DNA from: Azolla caroliniana
Taxonomy: Eukaryota; Plantae; Polypodiophyta
NCBI GenBank assembly: GCA_043228905.1
Contig: JBHGNT010000157.1
Span: forward strand, 1 to 64,000
Direction of reading: 5' to 3'
DNA: 64,000 bases
Shown here: in pieces, positions 37,928 to 51,000 of the stretch
How the letters are laid out: each line of letters starts with the position of its first letter
How positions within the stretch are numbered: the stretch's first letter is position 1
Notes under the pieces: generated by a model
What the model was told of the DNA's origin: nothing
The model's database searches: none
The model's input: the letters and a program-made list of their open reading frames with translations, nothing else
Made by a program: the position numbers and the translations under genes

Positions 37928-39636
37928 TGTCGGGGTAGTTGTGGTTCGTGCGGCGAAGTCGCAGGGACTAAGGTTAAGGGGAGTTGAAGGAACTTTTATA
38001 AGGCTTGCGCTCAAATGTTAGGAAGATAAAGGATATGAAGAATAATAGTTTAAAGTAATATGTGTGAGAGAGAGACTAGTATAGATAAAAGATAGAGGCA
38101 ATGTATGATTCAAGACGCAAGATAGAGACAAAGTATGATTTAAGACAAAAAAGTATATGATATGAACATGATGTATATTACGAATACAAGATTTTACCAA
38201 CTTTACAATGTTTGGTAGCAAGATGAACCCTTTCTCTACCGACCCTTGATTCGAACTCTTGACTCCAACTTGGAAACACGAGCCTCTTCACCAACAAGCT
38301 AACTTATTTGTTTTTTTGATTATCTTATTTCTCTAACTTTCTCTTGATTCCCCTCCTTGTTTTCCCTTTCCCCTCTTTATATAAGTGTTGCCATGCATAT
38401 GGTAATGTATGGGAGCATGGCATGCATGCAATGCATGAGTTACATGTAATGCATGATCGCCGTTTGGCGCACATGCATTGCATGTGATGAATGATGGCTA
38501 TGTATGAAAATAGATATGAGATAATTATAATGATGAAAATGCATTCTAAAATAACTAACCTAGCTTAGTGGTGTATGCTTGGTGCTTGGTATACAAGGTT
38601 GAGGGTTCAAGTCCCTCAATTTTACTTAATACAATATATAGCTTCATTCTTATATCATGAAGCACATTTATTACACACTTTTACAAATAAATAGCCTAGC
38701 CTAGTGGTATGTACATTGTACATCGTATGTAAGGATGTGGGTTCAAGTCTCTCAAATATTATTAAATACAACAGTTAAGCTCATTTTTATATCATGAAGC
38801 ACATTCTTCACGACACCCACCCCCTCTGAACTTGCACATTGGTTGTGCAGAGTTCATCCAACACTTCTTCCCATTCTTTTAGTTCTTCTACTTCTTCATA
38901 AAATTCAGGCTCTAATGACTCCCTCCTTTTAAATATTTTAATCCTTTTTCCTGCAATTGGGATACGAATTTCTGTCCCATCTAATTCATTGAGGAAATAT
39001 GTGGCTTTATCTGTTATTTTCCTAACTTCATAAGGTCCAAACCATCTTTTTGCAAACTTCCGAATAGTACTGTATTGATTATCTAGGCTATTATCATATA
39101 CTAATACCCAATCTCCCTCTTGCACCTTTCTTGGTCGTATTCTTTTCATCTTGTCAAATCTGTCCTTATTCTTGATTCTTGCCTCTTTCAATCTAGTAGC
39201 TGCTTTTTCTATGTCTTCTATCCTTGATTGAAGTTGTCGTATTCGAACTGCAAGTAAATCTTCCCTACTCATTTCCGATTCCCAAGGCAACACAGCCCAT
39301 GTAGTTATCTTTTCTTCAATTGGCATTATTGGCTTCTGTCCTGTGATTAATTCTGCAGGCATATATCCAGTAACAGTGTTGTGAGTTGTCCTATCAGCCC
39401 ATAGTGCAGGCATATATCCAGTAACAGGACGATGGCCGATCGACAAGAATCATGGGTGGAAAATAAGAGCTGCCACAGAAACTACGGAGGATCTAAATGT
39501 GTCGGGGTAGTTGTGGTTCGTGCGGCGAAGTCGCGGGGACTAAGGTTAAGGGGAGTTGAAGGAACTTAACTTTTAATAAGGCTTGTATGGTGATGATAGA
39601 ATGGTTAAGGATAGTAAGAAGAAGAGTTACGAGTAA

Positions 39637-39667
<31 letters not shown>

Positions 39668-40437
39668 CAAGCATAGATAAAAGATAGAGACAATGTATGA
39701 TTCAAGAAAGAAGATCGAGACAAAGTATGATTCTAGAAAGAAGATTGAGACAAAGTATGATTCAAGGAACAAGAGTATATGATATAAACATGATGTATAT
39801 TAAAAATATGATATTTTACCAACTTTACAATCCTTGACCGCAAGATGAATCTTTTCAATATCGACCCTTGATTTGAACCCACGACTTCCACTTTGAAACG
39901 CAAGGCTCTTCACCGAATAAGATATCTTCAATACTTGCTTAAATTCTTTTCTCCCACTTTCTCTTTTTGATTCATCCCCTTTTGTTTTCCTTTCCCCTCT
40001 TTTTATAAGTATTTCCATGCATATGGTAATGTCATGCATGTAATGCATGAGTTACATCTGATGCATGATCGCCATTTGGCGCACATGCATTACATGTGAT
40101 GCATGATAGCCATCATGCTCATTTGAGCTCCCATGTATTGCGATAAGTATAATGATGGATATAACCCTAAAACAAATACCCTAGCTTAGTGGTGTATGGT
40201 TTGTGCTTGATATACAAGGTTGAGGGTTCAAGTCCCTCAATTTTACTTAATACAATATTTAAGTTTATTCTTATATAGTGAAGCACATTCTTGACAATAT
40301 TTCTAAAAACAAATAGCCTACCCTAGTGGTATATACATTATGCTTGGTTTATAAGGTTGTGGGTTCAAGTATTTGAAATATTACTGAATTCAATATTTAA
40401 ATTTATTTTTATATCGTGAAGCAAATCCTTCACGACA
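37928..40437 (-). mobile_element. Non-autonomous deletion derivative of the Gypsy G family (LTRs 37928-38815 and 39500-40437, 684-bp internal part = integrase C-terminus + PPT)
   Basis: Perfect 4-bp TSD GCGT (37924-37927, 40438-40441); removing the element restores the chromovirus pol frame. ORF 38808-39446 is nearly identical to the integrase tail of G. Confidence 0.92.
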
Positions 40438-41009
40438 GCGTCGTGTTCACAGCCGCAACCACCAGGTACGGACTATCGGCAATTCAAATACCATGATGGA
40501 TTACTCTTCTTTAAAGAACTTTTGTATGTTCCTAATGGTTCTTCCCGCCTTCAAGTTGTACAAAACTGTCATGACACATATACAACTGGGCATTTTGGTA
40601 GTACTAAAACATTAGATTTAGTACAACGTTCATTCTGGTGGCCCCGTATGCGACAATTTGTTGAAGATTTTGTTCGGACTTGTGACATATGCTGCAGAGC
40701 GAAAATGCCAAGGCATCATCCATATGGTTTATTAGAACCATTACTAATTCCAAGCAAGCCGTGGCAATCCATTGCTCTAGACTTCATCACAGATCTTCCA
40801 GTCTCCAAGGGGTTCAATGCGATTCTAACAGTGGTAGATCGATATACGAAGATGGCTCATTTTTTGCCATGTACTAAGGAAATCTCCAGTGAAGACACCG
40901 CCGAAATTGTCATGCGTGAAGTATGTCGGCATCATGGACTTCCCGATAGTATCGTCAGCGACCGTGGACCCCAGTTCGTGTCAAAATTCTGGAAGCACCT
41001 TTTTAAAAT

Positions 41010-42451
41010 GCTCAAGGTCACTAGTAACCTCTCCTCCGGCTACCACCCACAAACCGACGGCCAAGCCGAACGAACAAATCAAACGCTGGAGCAGTACCTG
41101 CGGTGCTTTCTCAGCTATCATCAGGATGACTGGGCAGATATTCTCCACTTCGCCGAATTTGCCTATAATAACTCTATCCACGCATCGACTAAAGTTACGC
41201 CATTTTATGCTTATAGCTCAAGCTCACTAGTAACCTCTCCTCCGGCTACCACCCACAAACCGACGGCCAAGCCGAACGAACAAATCAAACGCTGGAGCAG
41301 TACCTGCGGTGCTTTCTCAGCTATCATCAGGATGACTGGGCAGATATTCTCCACTTCGCCGAATTTGCCTATAATAACTCTATCCACGCATCGACTAAAG
41401 TTACGCCATTTTATGCTTATAGCTCAAGGTCACTAGTAACCTCTCCTCCGGCTACCACCCACAAACCGACGGCCAAGCCGAACGAACAAATCAAACGCTG
41501 GAGCAGTACCTGCGGTGCTTTCTCAGCTATCATCAGGATGACTGGGCAGATATTCTCCACTTCGCCGAATTTGCCTATAATAACTCTATCCACGCATCGA
41601 CTAAAGTTACACCATTTTATGCTTATAGCTCAAGGTCACTAGTAACCTCTCCTCCGGCTACCACCCACAAACCGACGGCCAAGCCGAACGAACAAATCAA
41701 ACGCTGGAGCAGTACCTGCGGTGCTTTCTCAGCTATCATCAAGATGACTGGGCAGATATTCTCCACTTCGCCGAATTTGCCTATAATAACTCTATCCACG
41801 CATCGACTAAAGTTACGCCATTTTATGCTTATAGCTCAAGGTCACTAGTAACCTCTCCTCCGGCTACCACCCACAAACCGACGGCCAAGCCGAACGAACA
41901 AATCAAACGCTGGAGCAGTACCTGCGGTGCTTTCTCAGCTATCATCAAGATGACTGGGCAGATATTCTCCACTTCGCCGAATTTGCCTATAATAACTCTA
42001 TCCACGCATCGACTAAAGTTACGCCATTTTATGCTTATAGCTCAAGGTCACTAGTAACCTCTCCTCCGGCTACCACCCACAAACCGACGGCCAAGCCGAA
42101 CGAACAAATCAAACGCTGGAGCAGTACCTGCGGTGCTTTCTCAGCTATCATCAGGATGACTGGGCAGATATTCTCCACTTCGCCGAATTTGCCTATAATA
42201 ACTCTATCCACGCATCGACTAAAGTTACACCATTTTATGCTTATAGCTCAAGGTCACTAGTAACCTCTCCTCCGGCTACCACCCACAAACCGACGGCCAA
42301 GCCGAACGAACAAATCAAACGCTGGAGCAGTACCTGCAGTGCTTTCTCAGCTATCATCAGGATGACTGGGCAGATATTCTCCACTTCGCCGAATTTGCCT
42401 ATAATAACTCTATCCACGCATCGACTAAAGTTACGCCATTTTATGCTTATA
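41010..42451 (+). repeat. Tandem array, 7 x 206 bp, derived from the chromovirus integrase core
   Basis: Unit starts (GCTCAAGGTCACTAG) at 41010, 41216, 41422, 41628, 41834, 42040 and 42246. The units differ by only a few SNPs. Confidence 0.95.
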
Positions 42452-44695
42452 CGGGATGTCACCCCCGGTGGTGTGTACTTGAAACCCCAGAGGTGTCCAC
42501 AAATCCTTGCGTGGAGGATCGTTTGGAGTGGTTACGCAAGATACAAGCGGATTTATCTACTCATCTCCAACAAGCTCAGCAAACACACAAGGTTTATGCG
42601 GATCGTCATCGACTCCCATCCAGTTTTAACATTGGAGATCGGGTATGGCTACTCCGACGACACATCAAGACTACTCGCCAATGGGAGAAGTTGGATTATC
42701 GGCGATTAGGTCCTTTCCGTATCATAGGAAAGATTAATGATGTCGCTTTTCGTCTTGATCTACCTCCACAACTTCGGATACATCCAGTGTTTCATAGTTC
42801 TCTCCTTGAACCCTATCAAGAGAGCACCATCCTAGGACGTATTACACAGCCTCCACCCCTGATCGAGCTTGAAGATGGACCTGAGTACGAGGTTGCCGCC
42901 ATCCTTGATTCCAAGATTGTTCGCAACAAGCTCTACTATCTAGTCGATTGGCTAGGATATAGTCCTAGTGAGCGTACTTGGGAACCGATAGAGAATGTCA
43001 CCAATGCTCATGCACTTCTTGAAGACTTCCATCATCAATATCTAGACAAACCGGGTCCTTAATCCAAAACGACTCGTTAAACTCGTCGTTTCAAAGGGGG
43101 GATAGTGTCATGATATGGCAAGACTCGAACCCATGACCTTGGGCTACATGGGTCGAGCTCTTGACCATTAGACTATACATTGTAATGCGTAGAATATTAT
43201 TTTCATTTATGTTTTATTATAGAAAATTGATGTATATTCCAGATTTCTCTGGAACATTCTAGAAACTTCAGGAGTATTCCTTAGAACACTATAAAAGGAG
43301 GCACGAGGCATTATTTCGAACCAAATCGGTTCAACGCCAGTCTTAAGCCTCCTAGCTACTACTGTACATTCTCTTCACATAATATATATCTTTTCTTATC
43401 ATCTCTCTCTCTCTCTCTCTCTCTCGATCTCTCTCCCCCTCCCTCTCACTCACTCTTTCCTTCTCTCGAGAGTTCTTCACCTCTCTTAGTACTAATACTT
43501 CTTTTAGTACTAATTCCTTCTCTGTCTTAGTACTGTTCCTGACAATAGTGCCAGATAAAGTCATATTGTTTCTATAAGCTACTAATATTAAAGACAGGAA
43601 GGACTTGGGAATGCTTTTAGAAGATCAGAATAGTCCAAGTGGACTTACCGAAGACTAGGAGGAGGTGAAAAGGGTGTGCGCCCATTTCTGCAAAAGAAAG
43701 TTATGGTTTATGGAGTTGCCCGACAAAAATGATGAAGAAATAGGGAACGAGCCGGGAGAAAAGAAAGTAGAAGAATCACTCTTACACGAATTGGTGAAAG
43801 GCATGAAAGACTTCTTGATCAAAGTGACGAAGCCAGAATCGGGACAAAGCTCGACTTCATCAAGGCAGGGAGGTGGAATGGTCCGAAGGTGTATGTGGTG
43901 TGATAGTATCGACCACCAGAAGAAAGATTGTCAAGAGCATAGGGATGCGCTTAATCATAATAAAATCTACTATCAAGAGGGCAAGATTCACTCGACCGAG
44001 ACTCGACAACCACTTCAACTCAACTTCGGGCGAGGAGGAATGGAAAAGCTAATGGAATATGCCGAGAGAGAAACGACTCAAGCGATACAATCCGTGGCAA
44101 CCTTAGGGTTGCGCGTAGAAGACTCATATAGTGGATCTGGCTTTTGGCAAGATGTGATGGATTATGCAAGAAAAGGGAAGGTTCGAGTGGATGAATTAAA
44201 AAGAGCGGGAGATGAAATACGCAACTTCACTGGATGGAATGATCCAGTAGACGCGCTATCAGCATTCACCCAAGTGAATGCACAAGATGTGCTAGTGGAA
44301 GAGAAGAGGAAGAGAGATGAGGAAGCTGATCCGACAAAGATGCATGAGACACGAGAACAGAAGAGAAGGGAGATGGAAAAGGGTGCTACTGAGCCGAAGG
44401 AAGCTGATAAAGTAAAAGGAAAGACACGCCCATCTTTCAAGCTTGCCTCAGACATAGAAACAATGACGGATATAGAAAAGGATCGATCAACCTACCCCAT
44501 CATCCTTGGTCAGCCCTACATCACCGCAGTGAGGATGGAAACAAAGTTTATTGATGATGGTTCGGCTTTCGCGAGAATCAAGAGTCAAGATGGAAGAAAG
44601 ACTTTCCAATTCTTAACTGTGAGGCCCAACCATGAAAGAAACAAAGAATGCTTGAGGGAACATCCAATTCAAGAGATGGATGAAGAGTTTTCCCA

Positions 44696-44760
44696 GGATT
44701 TTTAGATAGGGCTTTTACAGGTAGGGGTTGTGATAGCCCGAACATAAAAGAAAACCTCAT
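44696..44760 (+). promoter_or_regulatory. Putative -1 ribosomal frameshift signal (G GAT TTT + downstream stem/pseudoknot)
   Basis: The heptamer lies directly before the gag stop TAG (44703-44705). The -1 frame is open into ORF 44759. GGGCT (44709) can pair with AGCCC (44735). Confidence 0.65.
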
Positions 44761-47700
44761 GAATAATAATGTAAATAAAGATATTCCTTGTACAATCTCA
44801 TCTAATGGTGCTACTTTTATACTAAAAGTTAATAATAATAAAATACAAAATGCTTTTGAGTACTTTAAGTGTTCTGGATTAATAGATGATGATGAAGAAA
44901 TTCAAGATATGTTTCAAGAATTAAGGTTTGAAGATACAATAACTCATTTGGAAGCAATGGAAGAAGACAACGAAATCCAAGTTCCTGTCCATTCAATCAA
45001 GATGTACGAGGTCATCGAAGAAGTTGCTCGAAAGGATCATGAAGCACATGTACTAACAAAGTACAAGACAATGGAGAAGAAGGTCTGTCCTATTGCTGCT
45101 CCACTTCCAGGGGATAGTGAAAAAGCAATCAAAGAAGCAGCCATAGATAGAGACAATGATTAGAGACCCACGAAAGGTGGGACATGTGTTTACTCCGGAA
45201 ACAATACAAGGGATGAAAATAGGAGGGGGTGACTTCCTATTACCTTCTGAAGAAAAGAAATTCAGGGAGATGTTAAAAAGGCATGGAAAGGCGTTCACAT
45301 TCCAACCTGAGGAAATAGGGTGTGTGGATCCAGAAATTGTAGAGCCCATGGTTATATTCACTATTCCTCATATTCCATGGAACTTTAAGCCAATACCCAT
45401 GCCTAGGGCTAGAATCCCTCAACTATTCGAACTTTTGAAAGAAAAGATAAGGATGGGTATCTTGGAACCATCGAACGCTCCTTACTCGAGTCGATGGTTC
45501 ACTGTGTTAAAGAAAGATGGGCGACTCCGATTTATCCAAGATATGCAACCCGTGAATAAGGTAACAATCCGAAACTCGGGAGTAGGGCCAATTGTGGATG
45601 AGTTTGCTGAGATGTTTGTAGGAAGAGCTATATATTCAATGGGAGACCTTTATTCTGGATATGATCAATTTCAACTTGCTCTCAAAAGTCGAGATATAAC
45701 TTCTATCAAGACACCTATAGGGTTAGTACGGATGTGCACCTTGCCGCAAGGAGCGACCAACTCAGTGGCACATATGATGAATGGAATGAACAAGGTACTT
45801 CGTGATTTTATTGCTCATATTACAATGCCTTTTCTAGATGATGTTCCAATTAAGGGATGCAAGGAGGAAGAGAAGAACGAGGAATTGGATGAAAGTGGTT
45901 GCCATCAATTTGTTGCTGATGATATCAAGGATTGTGAGAAGGTGCTATCAAGGATGGAAGAAGTGCATTTGACCTTATCAGGAGTGAAGTCAATATTTGG
46001 GGCAAAAGCGATATTAATAGTTGGTCATATGTGTGGCCCATATGGGAGAAAGCCATCCCCAACCAAGGTCAATGCAATTCAAAATATGCAAGAGGAATGT
46101 ACATCCGTCTCAGAAGTACGAAGGTTTCTGGGGGTATGTGTTTTTTTACTGTAAATGGATTCCGCATTATGCCCATTTATCTAAACCTTTATATAGACTC
46201 CTAAGAAAAGGAGAGATATTTGAATGGAGTGAAGAGCATTCAGAGGCAATGAAGAAATTGAAGTACTACTTAGCACAAGCTCCACCATTAAAGCAACCTG
46301 ACTACACCCGACCCATATATCTCACAGTAGACTCTAGTCCCATTGGAATTGGATGGGTGATAAGCCAACAAGATGGGGAAGAAAGGTATCCAGTCCGATT
46401 CGGAGCAAAGGTTCTTAGTGGTCGACAAAGAAAATATGCACAGGTGAAAAGAGAGCTATGGGGGATAATAACAGCAGTAAGGACAGACAAAGATTACTTA
46501 ATTGGTGCTGAAGTAATAATAGAAACAGATTGTTTGCCTATTCTTGGTATCATAGCTAATTGTGATATTCCAGATCAAGCCATGTTAAGATGATGTATCT
46601 ATATTAGATCAGCCAACCCTGAAGTTCGAAATATCTCTGGGAATAGAAATGCAGTAGCAAATATGTTATCAAGATGAAGGTATGAGGAAGAGGAGATTCT
46701 AGACTCGGACGATGAGGACAAAGAACAAACAGTCCTTACCACAAGCATTACCCGAGAAGGAGGAATGCAGTTTCTAGAAGAGGAGTATGAAGAAGAATTC
46801 AAGGAAATAGGGAAATACCTACAAACCCCTGACAAGTACAAAGGTCGATCTGGAAAAGAGTTCACACAGTTTCGCAAGAAAGCCCATAAGTTCTTCCTGC
46901 ATGAAGGATATCTATGGCGAAATCCGAAAACCAAGACTGGAAACCCGCAAAGAGTAATAGGTTCTGAAGGGCAAAGAAAGGAGATAATCAGAGAGCTGCA
47001 TGACAAAGAATGGGCTGGTCATCGAGGAGTGTGGGCCACTTTCAGTAAGATTAAAGAACGATTTTGGTGGCCTCGATACTATGAGAAAATAAAAAAGTAT
47101 GTGGAAACTTGTCCCACTTGTCAATATTATTCAAACGTAAAATTTTGTGATGAATTACACCCAACATACTCACCGGGGGTGCATTACAAGTGGATGATAG
47201 ATTTGGTAACAATGCCACTTGGAGTAGGACAAAAGAGATACTTGGTTCTTGCTAGAGAAGATCTAACAAATCAAGTGGAAGGCCATTCATTGCGAACAAA
47301 AGGGACATTAGGAGTATGTCAATTCATCTTGGAGGACATTGTTTGTAGATATGGATGTATCGGGAAGATAGTGGCAGATAGGGGAGAACTCAATTCTGCG
47401 GAAGCTCAAGATTTTTTCGACAAAATAGGAATTTGGCTTTCTTTGACAACGGCGTACAATCCAGAAGCTAATGGAAAGGTAGAAAGGGGACATGGGCCAA
47501 TAGTCAAAGCTTTGGCAAAGGCATGTAGAGGACGGGTCAGTGATTGGCCAAAAACCTTACCCTATGCACTATGGGCTGATAGGACAACTCACAACACTGT
47601 TACTGGATATATGCCTGCAGAATTAATCACAGGACAGAAGCCAATAATGCCAATTGAAGAAAAGATAACTACATGGGCTGTGTTGCCTTGGGAATCGGAA

Positions 47701-48004
47701 ATGAGTAGGGAAGATTTACTTGCGGTTCGAATACGACAACTTCAATCAAGGATAGAAGACATAGAAAAAGCAGCTACTAGATTGAAAGAGGCAAGAATCA
47801 AGAATAAGGACAAATTTGACAAGATGAAAAGAATACGACCAAGAAAGGTGCAAGAGGGAGATTGGGTATTAGTATATGATAATAGCCTAGATAATCAATA
47901 CAGTACTATTCGGAAGTTTGCAAAAAGATGGTTTGGACCTTATGAAGTTAGGAAAATAACAGATAAAGCCACATATTTCTTCAATGAATTAGATGGGACA
48001 GAAA

Positions 48005-51000
48005 TGTTGGGATTACGGTCCCTTCGGATGGGATGGTCGGATATCGGAGATGAATGCCGACCAGCCCGGTTTCGGTTTCGGAACCGGATGATGAAGACCC
48101 CGACATCGGAGTCGGATGACGAATGTACCCGAAGAAGAGATCCGGATGCAGGGACATATCCATGAATATGTCAGCTAAGGGCCCCCTGAGGCTATAGTTG
48201 TAAATAGCCCCAAAGTCATATATATGTATAAATATGACTTAGGGCAAACTGTTTTAGTGTTGCTATTCATTTTTCTGTTTTTCCACTCTAGAAGAGTGAA
48301 GAGAGAGCAGCCGTGAGAGAGAGAGAGAGAGATAGAGCGCGAGAGAGGAAGAGGACGACGCCTCTGTGTATTTCCGCCGCCTGTGGCGAGGACAGCGAGC
48401 TCAAGGTCGTCGCCTTGCAGCTCGCCATTGTATACCTTTCTGTACATAGTGTTGGTTTGGAGTCTTGTACTCCCGTGGTTTTTCCCGTACAGGGTTTTCC
48501 ACGATAAATCGTGTGTCCTCTCTAATCTTTGTATTTCCCATTTTCTGCTCCATTGATTCGCGATTACTCGGTTGTGGCCGAGTGGTGAAGGTTAATAGAA
48601 GGGTCGTTTCCCAACAATCTGGTATCAGAGCGAACTGCTGCAGAAAATGGAAGGCGGCGGCAGCGGGCAGCCGGGGATGATGGTGCTGAATGCACAGAAT
48701 TACGCCGACTGGAAGATCAAGATGGAGGATCTTCTGATTGTTCGGGACCTGTACGAACCGATTGACAGGTCGGAAATACCGAAGGGGGTACTTGAGTCGG
48801 AGTGGAAGCTCCTGAACCGGAAAGCCGTAGCGACGATCCGACAATATGTCGATGTAAGCGTCCTACAACACGTGGCGAACGACACCAACGCATATGAGAT
48901 GTGGAAGAAGCTGTCGGGCCTCTACGAGAGGAAGAATGCGTTGAACCGGACCTCCCTGATGAGGAAGATAGTGAACCTCAAGTACCGGGACGGCGAGAGT
49001 ATGGTCGAACACGTAAGCACGTTCATGGGATTCGTGAATCAGCTTGCGGCGATCAAGTTCCCGTTGGAGGATGCAATGCAAGCCATCATCCTGATGTGTA
49101 CATTGCCGGAAAGCTGGGAGAACTTGGTGGTGACTCTCAGCACCTCCTGCACAGAAGATAACTTGTCCTTGCAAACGGTAAAGACAAGTATTTTGAACGA
49201 AGAAGCGCGTCGGAGAGATAAAGAACCGGCCTCCGACCCGAAGGCGCTGCTTACCGAATCGGATCGGGGAAGACAATGGAACCGGAGTCCGCAAAGACGG
49301 GAGAAGTCGGGGACCCGGTCGCAGTCAAGAGGAAGACCCACATGCTTCCACTGTGGGAAGCCGGGGCACTTCCGAAAGAATTGTCGGCATTACCGAAAAG
49401 ACAACGGAGCCGACGACACCGATTCGAAGAAGTCACCGGAGAGAAACGGTGCATACCGGGGAGCCACGGACCGGAGAGGTTCGGATCGGCGAGGGCAGGA
49501 CCGGAAAGGAACAACGGCACTCGCGGCAAGTGAGGAAGAAATCATGCTCATCACCGAAGAAGGTGAACTAAACATTGCCGGCGATGAGACGACCTGGGTG
49601 GTCGATTCGGGAGCATCGTTCCACCTGACCCCGGAGAGAAGATACTTCTCATCCTACACAGCCGGTGAGCATGGCTGTGTTCGGATGGGGAATGAAGGTA
49701 CGTGCCGGATTGCCGGCATAGGAGACGTGTGGTTGACAACCCCGACCGGATGCAAAATGCTGCTGAAGGATGTCCGACACGTTCCGGAGGTTCGATTGAA
49801 CCTGATTTCGGCCGGGAGGCTAGATGATGAAGGCTACACAGGTAGCATCCGGAACGGCGTAATGAAGTTCAGCAAGGGGAGCTTGATAGTGGCTCGGGCT
49901 CGGAAAGTCAACACACTGTACCTGATGAATGCCCGGTTATGTCCGGAAGAGCTGAACGTAGCAGCCGACACTGCCGGTGAGCTGTGGCACAAGAGACTGT
50001 GCCACATGAGTGAGAAGGGGATGAAGAGGCTTGCAGAAGACAACCTCATTCCAGTGAAGCATGTGCACCTGGAGAAGTGCACCGATTGCCTGGCCGGTAA
50101 GCAGAACCGAGCCTCTTTCCACTCAAGGCCACCGACGAGACGTAGCGCACCATTGGAGTTGGTGCACACTGATGTGTGTCAGGTAGAAACGAAGTCACAT
50201 GGCGGAGCCCAGTACTTCGTAACATTCATTGATGATTACAGTCGGAAGCTGTGGACGGCACCGTTGAAGACAAAGGACCAAGTGTTGTGCGTCTTCAAAG
50301 AACTTCACGCGAGAGTGGAAAGGGAATCCGGCAAGAAGCTGAAGGCGATACGAGCGGATAACGGAGGGGAATACCGGGGGCAGTTCCAGGAGTACTGTCG
50401 CTCGAAGGGAATCCGGCTCGAGTTTACTGTGCCGAAGACGCCGGAACTGAACGGGCTGGCCGAGAGGATGAACCGGACCATAATGGAGAGGGTCCGGAGT
50501 ATGCTGGCGCATGCGAAATTACCCAAGGGATTTTGGGCTGAGGCAATGTCGACGGCGACATATGTGATAAACAGATCACCCTCAGTACCTTTGGACGGAG
50601 ACACGCCGCAGAAAGTGTGGACCAGTAAGGAAGTGTCCTACCGGCATCTGAAGGTGTTCGGGTGTCTCGCATACGTGCATGTGGCAAAGGACCGGAGAGG
50701 AAAGCTAGATCCGAAGACCCGGCCATGCATATTCCTCGGTTACGGCGATGACGAGTTCGGCTACCGAGTATGGGACCCGGTCGACAAGAAGATATTCCGG
50801 AGTCGTGATATCATCTTCATGGAGAACAAGACACTCGCCGACTGGGAGTCGGAGAAGAAGATGAAGAGCTCCAAGTCGACCGGTGAGGATCAACTCTACG
50901 AGGAGCAGTCCCGACCGGCAAGGGACCGGTTAGCACTCGAGGATCCGGCCGAAGACGGTGAAGAAACAGAACCGGCCGAAGAAGATGAAAACGATACCGG

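Larger units (their letters stand above)
35806..43062 (+). pseudogene. Chromovirus pol (PR-RT-RH-INT-chromodomain), disrupted by a stop, a nested element and a tandem array
   Basis: ORFs 35806-36384, 36394-37938, 40522-41436 and 42493-43062. Chromodomain EYEVAAILDSKIVRNKLYYLVDWLGYSPSERTWEP. Confidence 0.9.
34131..43544 (+). mobile_element. Ty3/gypsy chromovirus (Tcn1/Tf1-sushi-like), LTRs 34131-34556 and 43106-43544, TSD ATAGT
   Basis: ATAGT at 34126-34130 and 43545-43549. Gag with CLYCGGPGHIAVNC, PR LLDSGA, RT YLDD, RH, INT GHFG/SDRG, and a chromodomain. PPT AAAGGGGGGATAG. Confidence 0.95.
33745..44705 (+). pseudogene. gag(-protease remnant) of Gypsy G, interrupted by the chromovirus at 34131-43544
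   Basis: ORF 33724-34020 (FEGINLTRFLKIY) and ORF 43665-44705 with zinc knuckle CMWCDSIDHQKKDC and protease C-terminal IILGQPY. In-frame stops present. Confidence 0.75.

Noticed and set aside
40175-40245. Functional tRNA gene
   Set aside because: No acceptor stem and embedded in an LTR; reported only as a tRNA-like module.
41010-42451. CRISPR-like or protein-repeat array
   Set aside because: No spacers; the units are identical integrase fragments, 206 is not a multiple of 3, and stops occur.
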